From Balanoglossus misakiensis (Eukaryota > Animalia > Hemichordata): a stretch of 64,000 nucleotides of DNA. Every line of letters begins with the position of its first letter. Positions within the stretch are counted from its first letter, which is position 1. The translations under genes and the position numbers were made by a program. The notes beneath the pieces were generated by a model, which saw only the letters and a list, made by a program, of their open reading frames with translations, was not told the origin of the DNA and searched no databases. The stretch covers positions 5,514,879 to 5,578,878 of the forward strand of contig CM082579.2 in NCBI GenBank assembly GCA_040954595.2, read 5' to 3'. Positions 54,182-64,000 of the stretch are shown in pieces.

Positions 54182-57100
54182 GATTTGCCAACAGAAAACG
54201 ATTGGAAGTACAAACAATGTTCTTGCCACTGTGTTTTTTTGTGTGTATGCTATGGGGAGATATTATTATTAAGTTTTGCCAGTAGCATATTTTTTTATGT
54301 CTGCACATATATATTATATTTAACGGTTTATAGTGACACGTATGTTTTGTAACATTGGTTAAACTCACTGATTTATATGATTGCTATCTTCCTTTCCAAT
54401 AATGCACACACACAAAACTGTTGCAAGACAGTGTCCTTTATTAAAGCACAATCAATTACTGTAAATTCTTTTTAATGGCCCTGTTTGATACGTGTATAGA
54501 TATAATCATGCAATCTTGCCTTAATAGTCCATCAATGTACCAGTAAGTTTAGTTTTTAAACGCATACAGACAGTAGGCTGACAGTGCATACAGGACTAGC
54601 AAGTAGTTTTTGTATATTTGAAGCAGGTGCTAAAATTCACCCATGAATCATACACTCGCACACACACACACAAGATGGAGCACAACTTACAAAATCAGAA
54701 ATAAATGTATATTTTGGCCTCAAGTAGATTTTATTGATAGTGCAATAAATAAGAGTCTGTGTGTATAATCCGTATGATGTTTTCGAACAGTTTTGCTACC
54801 AGATAACCCTGCTGTACTTCTGCTGTGTTCTGTTGCCACTATTTTTGTCCACATTTTGTATGAAAAATCGCGCAAGTTATACAAATGAACTTGCGTTACA
54901 TACTTGCCTCATTCCAAGACAGCAAGTTTCAACTTATCATAGTAACACAATTTCTAATAATTCAGCGTGAGTAGCATGGCCATGAGATGACGCGAGCATC
55001 CCAAAATGATTCTTGGAATTTGTCTGATTCTATGCGAAATTACAATGGAAAAGTTTGGCGGAAAGAAGAAAATGAGGGGGGGGGGGGGGCGTGTAAAAGA
55101 CCACGAGTTCTGACTGTCTGCTTACGTAAAAGTAATATAACTGTACTTAATAGATTTTGTACAGTGTTTTTGTTTTTCTGTTGATGTTGTTTCCGTCGTT
55201 TCATTCTGGACTAGTTTCAGGCACAGACTTTCAATCTGTGATTCAAGTTCAGAGCTACGGACTATAATGATGCTCACACACAAAAAGAATATGAAACGTC
55301 TTATCCAAGAAAGTCTTGAAATGTCGAAACACCCAAAATGGTTTCGTTCAAGGGGTTTTCTCCTTCAAATTAAAATTCAGAGTGAATTGGCGGCTTGGGC
55401 GCCCGCAAAGGAGTACATTATCACCTGACCGCGAGAGGGCGTCGATCGTTTGGCGAGGGGTCTCTTTTGTCCAGTATAAATTATGCATGCATGCAGTGCA
55501 AAAATGATCTCTGGACTTTTTGCACTCCATTCACAACAAGGTTTGGCCCATTTTCAAGAAAGATCACATCATTTGACAGCTTTCTTTACGCATGGCGTGT
55601 TTTTGAAATAAACAACTTCTGTGCCCCTAAAATCGTTTTGCCATGACTCTCGGACTCAACTTTTGACGATTTTTTTTATATACTGCAGTTTGTTTAATAA
55701 TCCCGGAGCATGAACCAAATCATATCAAAGGCTTCGAAATAAACTAGTAACTTTAGTAGACCGGGAATGATTCTACATGTACTAGAGAACATAGTGCACG
55801 CGTCCTTTTGAAACGTCATCGTCAAACTTGTGGTAACTGTATGGAGATTGCATATTTTGTCCAGGGTAGGACCCCAGAATTATGGGGTAAACTGTGGATT
55901 TGACCAGAAACGGTGCTCCAGAATCCCTTGAATTGTAGTGTTTTTCTGGAAACACATGGTGATTATGTGCCGAATGGAAGTTACGATAAACTTAACGTTC
56001 ATACGTTTCGATAGGGCAGAATTTTAGTTTGGTCACGAGGGTTTCAGTACAAAACGATGCATACTGCGATGACAATCGGAAGGGTGTTAAATACTGGCGT
56101 TTAAAAGCCAGAATGTCACACCCAGGACACTTAATCCAATTAACAGTTTCCTCTGGGAGACTGTCTATTGTTTGACAACTATTGTGTAACTATTGTATTC
56201 AATGTCTGAGACAAAAGGTTCAGCCCATAGTGACGCATAATATATGCAAGTCATTTCTGAGGTAAAATACGCTTTGAGGGTGCCGCTTCCCGCGCGAACC
56301 ATACCACAGTCCTTCACTTTTTCAAAGTTTAATATTTAACAGTACAGTTTAGTGTAGTGATTTTACTGAATAAAAAGGAACGTTTTATTGTGATTCTATG
56401 TCGTTTCAACACTACAAAAACCCCTGTGTTAAATCGAGGTCCGTTTATGAAAGGACTGTGGTATGATTTTTGAGCATTACAATTTCGTGTTGAAAGTTGA
56501 CCCGAGTTAACGGTCGTAATTACATACTTGGTAAAAGAGACAGAAAGACATTTGATAACAATCGTCCCCACTGCGTGTAATACTATGTTGATAAGCGGAA
56601 CGTAGAGTAAGTATGGTACGGGGAAACTCGGTGTAGTAAAATCACAGAACTTTAAAATTAACCAAAAGTCATATCTAAACATAGTAGTGGGTTTGTGTTT
56701 TGAGATGAGTTACCAGTTGCGATTTGCGACCTGTCCTCTCAGTTGAAGCGCCTCATGTCTTGCAGATGATCACGGGTAAATAATAGCGAAGCCCTGGGGA
56801 CTTATATTATATTTCCCGCGTTTTTGTTGTTGTTGTTTTGGTGGCTTTTTGTGCTGTCGAGAAGTCAGCAATTGAAAAAATGCAGTCTGACGCTAGTCTT
56901 GTTTGTCTGGGCAGTTTTTTTTGCATCCCTCATTAATATTGAGCGAAAACCACTTTCTCTCCCTATTGGTTGCAAGTGACAATTATACAGGTGTCACGAG
57001 TTAGCGCGGACAATGGAATGAACGGAGGCGATGATAGGGATGACATAATTTACATACCGTAAACAAAACACAAGACCAAGGGACTGCACAATAGTCTATT

Positions 57101-57268
57101 GTTTGGGGGTGACAGGTACTTAGCGAGCTTTTGTGATTTTTATTTTAGGAGTACCAAAACATGTTTTGAGTGACGTCAGGTATGGTTGGCTTCCAGTGCC
57201 TATTACGGGATTGGCTTTTGTTCTGACAGCAGGCGGAGCACTTTGCCATCAGATATCCTCGCCTTTAC

Positions 57269-57275
57269 TATATAA
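57269..57275 (+). promoter_or_regulatory. TATA-like box upstream of the forkhead gene
   Basis: TATATAA about 80 bp upstream of the ATG at 57352; an ATTGG (reverse CCAAT) at about 57210 and TGACGTCA at about 57171 lie further upstream. Confidence 0.4.
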
Positions 57276-57351
57276 TTGTCTCGTTTCTTAGCCAAGACAT
57301 ATCACTTGCATCTTCGGACTGACTCGCTATCGTGAACTTCCTCTGTGCAGA

Positions 57352-58080
57352 ATGGATATGTATGGACACTACGCGGCGCCGACCACTATGTACTCAGGAT
57401 ACATGTACGCACAACATGTCTACCACCCGTACCAGCATTACGGATTCCCCAAACAGTTACCCGTCGTCAAACCTCTCTGCGCCGCCGTCAACGCAGCGAA
57501 CAGCACCCGGCCGGCTTACAGCTACGTCGCTCTGATCATCATGGCAATCCGAGCCCACCCAGGAGAGAAGGCCACGCTCAAGTCGATTTATAATTACATC
57601 GTGGCCAACTTTCCCTACTACCAGACCAAGGACCCGCGCTGGAAGAACTCCATCCGCCACAACCTGTCGCTCAACGGCTGCTTCAGGAAGATCGAGCGCA
57701 GCGTCCACGACCAGTCTCACGGTCATTTCTGGGGGCTCAGCGACGACTGGGAACAGATGTTCGCCGAGGGCAACTACCGACGCCGCCGCCGGGGTTACAA
57801 GAGGCCCGGCGGCAGTCGCACTCCGTCGCCGACGAACGTGGACGACGATTTTGCCGTCGTTGTCCGGAAGGGAAACGAACTGCCGGCTACGCCACCGACC
57901 CCAAGCACTCCGTCGGGATCATCATCCGAAGAGGAAAATCTAACAACGCCATCATCCTCCTCATCATCACTATCACCATCACCGAAAAGGAGACGGACGC
58001 CGGACGTTGTGAAGTCCGACTTCAGTGATTTCAGCATCGATAGGCTTCTGGGAACGCCATCGCCTTCACATGTCTGCTAA
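57352..58080 (+). CDS. Intronless forkhead-box transcription factor (FoxL/FoxI-like, divergent) with a C-terminal eh1 motif
   Basis: Forkhead domain RPAYSYVALIIMAI...TLKSIYNYIVANFPYY...WKNSIRHNLSLNGCFRKI...GHFW...MFAEGNYRRRRR; Ser/Pro-rich region; FSIDRLL eh1-like motif. The subfamily cannot be assigned by eye. Confidence 0.93.
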   Translation: MDMYGHYAAPTTMYSGYMYAQHVYHPYQHYGFPKQLPVVKPLCAAVNAANSTRPAYSYVALIIMAIRAHPGEKATLKSIYNYIVANFPYYQTKDPRWKNSIRHNLSLNGCFRKIERSVHDQSHGHFWGLSDDWEQMFAEGNYRRRRRGYKRPGGSRTPSPTNVDDDFAVVVRKGNELPATPPTPSTPSGSSSEEENLTTPSSSSSSLSPSPKRRRTPDVVKSDFSDFSIDRLLGTPSPSHVC

Positions 58081-58819
58081 GGTCAGCGCTTACAGGAGCG
58101 AACATTCAACTCGTCTTTCATATCCAAACCGAAGAAGAGGTGAAGAATTCCAAGGAGAGGACATCACGTCATCTGCAATGGGGACTAAAACTGCAATCGG
58201 GGTCTTTTGGTTCGGATGCCGATACTGCCTTTCCATATGACCTTCCTTAGTACAGTGCAATGCAAGTGATTAAAGACGACTTTACACACGGACACCAAGG
58301 AATGGATATATCATCAGAATTGTTTTTAATGTGCAATAACCTTAAATTGGTCGAAGTGCCCACCACGACAACGCTGTCACGACGAGATGGAGAACGCACC
58401 GAAATTGGCCAACATTTTGATAAGAGGCTTCCCATTTGCCAAACCATGGACCAACTACCCCGTCACGTGCCATTTGAAACTATTTTTATTATAATATCCA
58501 ACTGCTATGTAATAGTATTATCATTAATATATAATTTTATAAATAATTAATAAATTGTGCATTGACTACCAAACCCGGTTTGGTGCTCAGTTGTGTGTTC
58601 TGTTGGGTTCAGTTGTAATCCAATGTTTCTGTTAATGTGCGCCCCTCAACTATAATAAGAGACCACGGGACTGCACATTTTTCGCTCCAACCATAAAGTC
58701 AGTTATCCCTATTCCCACTCCATCCCTCCCCCCATTCTTCCAACTATCCATGCGTCATTTCATCTACCAGACGGACAGAGGGACAAGCGGGCGCGGTCGG
58801 ACCGGCGGCAGATATTTTA

Positions 58820-60384
58820 CTAACACACCCACTTCATTTGGTCGGAGAATATGTTATATCGCAGACTGATGATAGCATTGGTAAAATGGGTGCAATAACT
58901 CGACTTAGGGGACTCTGTCTTTAAGTTACATTTCGTAATTGTTTCATTTTTGACTCGACGGAATCTGGCCAGATCCTCGCCAAAGTCACCGTCGTACTCT
59001 TGTACTTTCTTCCAGAAAGAACGGTTGAAATGATCGTACAGCTCAACATCAGCCAAGTTTGTCTTCCTAAACACCTCACGCACCTTGTCATCTATTGGTG
59101 GTCGTTCGTAAGCATGAAAGTTGGCTAATTTATACACAATATCGGAGAAATCCCAGCACAAAAGCTTCCTTAATAGGACCAAAGACTCATCGTAATATTC
59201 GTTGATCAAGACCAAGTCAATTTCAGACTCCAACCTTTCAAAAGTTAATTTTAATAAAGTATCGTTCTGACATTTTGGATCAATACCAAGGTACCTACTT
59301 TGGCTTGTTGTTATCGGTCCCAAGCTAACGTTACTCCTGAAGGCATTTTTATTGGTTGAATAGAAATCGTGAATGGACTCTTCGAAGGCATTTTCCCTGG
59401 AAAGATAGTTGCCTTCTGGTCTCTTTCCCGAATAGAACCATGACCGCGCATGCTCGAAGGGATTTCTGATGATCGTGAAGAACTTTGCATTTGGAATCAG
59501 CGCCTTCATTGAACCTCGATTGTAAAATACGTGACTCGCCATGTAGTTGAATCCAGGAAAGTCGCTGCAGTTGTATCTCATCACGTTCAGCTGCATTTCC
59601 AGCGGCTTATCTGGAGATCTACTGACAACCGAGTTACCTTGCCTAGAAATGGCCGCCACGAGATTATGTTGTACTCCATACCTGTACAGAATATTCGACA
59701 TCGTTGTGCTACCAGTCTTCGGTATCTTGACAAATATGAAGTCTGTTTGTGGTTGGCAGGAATGAGAACCTCGGTTTTGTGGTCTTGTGCTTTTTCGGTC
59801 TTCTGTATTGCTGGCTAGCTTTTGCGAGAACAATGGATATTCCCTGTCCAAAACAAGATGAAAGTAAATACTCATACAACATTTATATTTATAGTATACG
59901 ACACTGCCCTTCGCATGTAAGGTAAAACCCCCGTCGCCGCCGCCACCACCACCAACCCCACCACCACCCTAAACACCACCACCACTATTTATGCCACTAT
60001 AATTGTATCAATCATATGACTTACCATTTAGCGTTATGAGAAGATCTCACATTGAAGGTACTATTCTCTAGAAGGACCAATGCAACGACTGCTATTGTCA
60101 ACAGGCAAAATACCAACGTTTTCTTCGCTATAAAAGAAGATAAACTATGAAGTACATATAACTTAAATGTGAAAGCCATGTAACTCAAATATATCACAAT
60201 ATATGTTGTCATGTACATGTATTGTAGTGGCAAGTGTATTGTTATTGTTTCCGTTTCCGGTGGCCCGTGTGGTGGTTAGGGAACGAGAAAAATTAAGGAC
60301 TAGAATTTCTAAACTAATTCTTATCTACTAAATTTCACACGGAATAGCCAAAATAGATATTACATTACCTGTTGGGTAATCCAT
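58820..60384 (-). CDS. Galactose-3-O-sulfotransferase-like protein, copy A (type II membrane protein)
   Basis: Exons 60384-60369 (MDYPT), 60127-60025 (KKTLVFCLLTIAVVALVLL, TM anchor), 59843-58820. PAPS-binding motifs FVKIPKTGSTT and FTIIRNP...RSWFY; Gal3ST-type LVLINEYYDESLVLLRKLLCW and NLADVELYDHFNRSFW. Confidence 0.9.
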
Positions 60385-61155
60385 TGTCGACTTGACTAGA
60401 ACACATTCGACAGTCTGTTTGGCTCAGTCATGCAACAGCCGGTGTATCAGAATGAGGCACTGTATTTCGAGAGCATGCATCGTTTGCTTAAAAACACAGA
60501 CTTACTGTGTCCAACGTCATCCTTGTTGTTTATTCTCATGTTCCGTGAGACACCGACTGCTATTTTGCATTTGTAAAATGTCACTGCAGGAGCTCTGCGG
60601 TAAATGTACGGCCAACAGACATGAACAGATATAAAATTATACAAATTTTGTCGCAGAAGTTGTGCAGATTTTTGGTTTGCTGTCGTAATGTTCATTATAT
60701 ATGCTTAACTGTTCAAATTAGAACTAATTTCGTGATTTCAATGAAATATTATCATAATGAAATCAATGTATGTGGCATATTTCGACAAATTTAGTGTAGG
60801 CCGAATATTTATTAAAATGTTTTCTGAGAAATTCCAACGCCGAAAAGGTCGAAGGCGAAATGACGTATAGGCTTAAATATCTCAGTGTTGCAACCCCTAG
60901 AAACGTTGGTCGTTTGAGAATGAGATGTATCACGAGGGATTGATATTTTTATTGTACACTACTACAGTACATAATCCAACCGCTTTTGTCTCATGTGATC
61001 ATCAACACCTTTATTTTCTTAAACCGATGAATATTCATGACAAACCATGATTCATCTCTCACAAGCCCGATGGAACCATTACCAAATATGGCAAGTTCAC
61101 CCTTCATGTATACGTTCACCTTAAGATATCAGTGGTGGCAAACAATCCCACCAAA

Positions 61156-61192
61156 TCCCATCCACCCATCCATCCATCCATCTATCCATCCC
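61156..61192. repeat. (ATCC)n microsatellite downstream of sulfotransferase copy B
   Basis: cccatccacccatccatccatccatctatccatccc. Confidence 0.75.
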
Positions 61193-61257
61193 ATACAACA
61201 ATTCGTGCAGACAAACATAAACAGACAGTCGGGTGGACAGGCAGGCAGGCATATCAA

Positions 61258-62853
61258 CTAACACACCCACTTCATCTGAAGGGAGTTTACCTTGTGTCGC
61301 AGATGTATGACAGTATTAGTAAAATCGCTACAGTAGTTCGACTTAGGGGACTCCGTCTCACATTTCGTAATTGTTTCATTTTTGACTCGGCGGAATCTGG
61401 CCAGATCCTCGCCAAAGTCACCGTCGTACTCTCGTACTTTCTTCCAGAAAGAACGGTTGAAATGATCGTACAGCTCAACATCAGCCAAGTTTGTCTTCCT
61501 AATCACCTCTCGCACTTTGTCATCTATTGGTGGTCGTTTGTAAGCATGAAAGTTGACTATATTATACACAAGATCGGAGAAATCCCAACACAAGAGCTTC
61601 CTTAATAGGAGCAAAGACTCATCGTAATATTCGTGGATCAAAACCAAGTCAATTTCAGATTCCAATTTTTCAAAAGTTAATTTTAATAAAGTATCGTTCT
61701 GATAGTTTGGATCAATACCAAGGTACCTACTTTGGCTTAGTGTTATCGGTCCCAAGCTAACGTTACTCCTGAGGTCATTTTTATTCGTTGAATAGTAATC
61801 GTGAATGAACTCTTCGAAGCTTTTTTCGCTCGAAAGAGGATTGCGTCTCGGACTCAATCCCGAATAGAACCACGACCGCGCATGCTCGTAGGGATTTCTG
61901 ATGATCGTGAAGAACTTTGCATTTGGAATCAGCGCCTTCATTGAATCTCGATCGTAGTATACGTGGCTCGCCATGTAGTTGAATCCAGGAAAGTCGCTGC
62001 AGTTGTATCTCATCACGTTCAGCTTCATTTCAAGCGGCTTAGTCGGAGATCTACTGACAAACCAACCACCTCCTGGAGCAACGGCGGCCACGAGATTGCG
62101 CTGCATTCCATGCGTGTACAAGGCTACAGACATCGTACTACTACCAGTCTTCGGTATCTTGACAAATATGAAGTCTGTTTGTGGTTGGCAGGAATGAGAA
62201 CCTCGGTTTTGTGGTCTCGTGCTTTTTCGGCCTCCTTCTGTATTGCTGACCAGCTTCTGCGAGAATAATGGAGATTCCCTGTCGAAAAAACAATGAAAGA
62301 AAATGTTCATACTAGATTTATATTTGTATCCTACCACACTGCCCTTTGTGTAAGGTAATGAATAAGGCAAAATCATTGTCATTGGTAAGTTTCCCTCTAA
62401 CCCCTCCGTCGCCGCCGCCACCACCACCACCACCACCGCTATTTTTGCCACTTATATCGTATAATACGACATACCATTTGGCATCATGAGAAGATCTCAC
62501 ATTTAAGGTACTATTCTCCAGAAAGACCAACGCAATGACTGCTATTGTCAACAGGGAAAATGCCAACGTTTTCTTCACTATAAAAGAAGATGAAATATTA
62601 AGTAAACTTAAAGTGAAAGACATGTAATTGAAATGCACAATGTATATCATAATATATGTTGTTATGTCGTGGCAAGTGTATTTGTTAGTTTCCGTTTCCG
62701 GTGGCCTGTGTGGTGGTTAGGGAACGAGAAAAATTAAGAACGGAGTGCATCTCGCACAATATCGTATTGTTTGCAGATAATCCAGACATGTCTCTCTGCT
62801 AGTATTTTACTGAAGAGCCAAAATATACATGCCTTACCTTTAGGGTTATCCAT
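61258..62853 (-). CDS. Galactose-3-O-sulfotransferase-like protein, copy B
   Basis: Exons 62853-62838 (MDNPK), 62577-62475 (TM anchor), 62278-61258. Same motifs and exon structure as copy A, with high nucleotide similarity extending into the introns. Confidence 0.9.
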
Positions 62854-63574
62854 AGTCGACTTGACTGAAGTACATGCGACATGCAGTCTGTTTGGCTCAG
62901 TCATGCAACAGCCGGTGTATCAGAGTGAGACAGCGTATTTTGAGAACATGCATCGTTTGCTTAAAAACACAGACTTATTGTGTGCTACAGCACCATTTGA
63001 CACGATGAACCATGTGTTGTTTGTCTTGCGCCTTGTGAGAACGTGTATATTCTGTTATTCTCTATACTAAAAACGCTGGCATAACATTCATAACGCATCA
63101 GCTTGGGACCTGCTACAGACGGTGTACTCGAGTACGTTATAACGCTGCCGCGTATCTGACGATAACATCAAAAGTACACTCCAAAAATATTGTCGATATA
63201 CCCCTTAACTGTATATATGAACCTTGTTTATTAAATTTTGTATGGTATGTCTCGATTAAGGTGATACGCCGAAATCAGTCGCACTGGCTTTCAAAATGTT
63301 GGCATTGAGCTTTCGGCCTTTTCAAGGGCCACTGTTGGATCAGTTTCTGCGGAAAATCCACCATGGCCGACAAACCCCACGTCATCCTTCGGTGGGTAGC
63401 CATGGCAATTGAGGTTTTATGCAAATTCGTGTACTAGTAAAGTTACAGAGATTTAGTTTGGTTCAACGTTGACAGAATCTCATATTTTCATCCATGATTC
63501 TTTAATAAAACATCAGTAACTAATTCAAGGGGAATAAAGACCATTGAATTTGACCCAGCGTGATTTATTCTGAT

Positions 63575-63581
63575 AAAAAAA
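63575..63581 (-). terminator. RNA polymerase III oligo-T terminator for the tRNA-Arg
   Basis: A T7 run on the minus strand begins 3 nt after the tRNA 3' end. Confidence 0.8.
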
Positions 63582-63584
63582 TCA

Positions 63585-63657
63585 TACCCCCGGCGGGACT
63601 CGAACCCGCAATCTTCGGTTTAGGAGACCGACGCCTTATCCATTAGGCCACAGGGGC
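63585..63657 (-). tRNA. trnR-CCT: tRNA-Arg (anticodon CCT)
   Basis: Minus strand GCCCCTGTGGCCTAATGGATAAGGCGTCGGTCTCCTAAACCGAAGATTGCGGGTTCGAGTCCCGCCGGGGGTA, 73 nt; A box TGGCCTAATGG, B box GGTTCGAGTCC, anticodon loop CTCCTAA, pairing stems, no intron. Confidence 0.96.
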
Positions 63658-64000
63658 GATGAAGACATACATCACATCACCATTGAAAGTTTCGGAGGAC
63701 ACGCAACAAGTTCTGATAACCGGATAGTTCGGACAATCGACGTTCAGATAATCGACGTGTACCTTTTTATGACGACAAAATATTATGGAAGAAAAAAATA
63801 AAGGAGACAAAGAAGAAAGACCGAACAAAACTAGTAGGGGCAAGTAGAATAGCAGGTATGCATGGACCCCTAAAATCTTTCATATTTAAATGTCACCCCA
63901 CTTAGTTGGATCCCCGGGTCCAACGTGGCCAGTATCATCATCCTTTTGATCTCGCGAGATTCCCGCTTCTCTGCGATGCTTCTCCAACATAGGGCCCCAG

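Noticed and set aside
62279-62451. N-terminal extension MAKIAVVVVVVAAAT... of the 397-aa sulfotransferase ORF
   Set aside because: Intron sequence: the poly-Val comes from a (CCA)n tract, and the true TM anchor is in exon 62577-62475.

Overview
Eukaryotic, intron-rich animal genomic DNA of about 40% GC; the gene content suggests a marine invertebrate, possibly a deuterostome, but that is an inference. Left to right: (1) a tandem cluster of five Reeler-domain 'defense protein'-like genes (1.2-13.3 kb, + strand), two apparently secreted and three with GPI-type tails, one of which has two duplicated alternative first exons; (2) a sacsin-like gene (- strand, about 4,390 aa, one 12.8-kb exon, 3x SRR/HATPase + J-domain + HEPN, no visible UBL); (3) a two-exon gene that the ORF track misses, encoding a 400-aa protein with an unrecognised N-terminus and a C-terminal GIY-YIG-type nuclease domain split by the intron; (4) an AtuA (acyclic terpene utilisation)-family gene head-to-head with pirin; (5) an intronless forkhead gene with a C-terminal eh1 motif; (6) two tandem galactose-3-O-sulfotransferase-like genes; (7) tRNA-Arg(CCT). 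Small MITE-like relics, a hairpin insertion and a 250-bp tandem duplication are also present. All exon models were read by eye from GT-AG sites and frame continuity; no database search was run.
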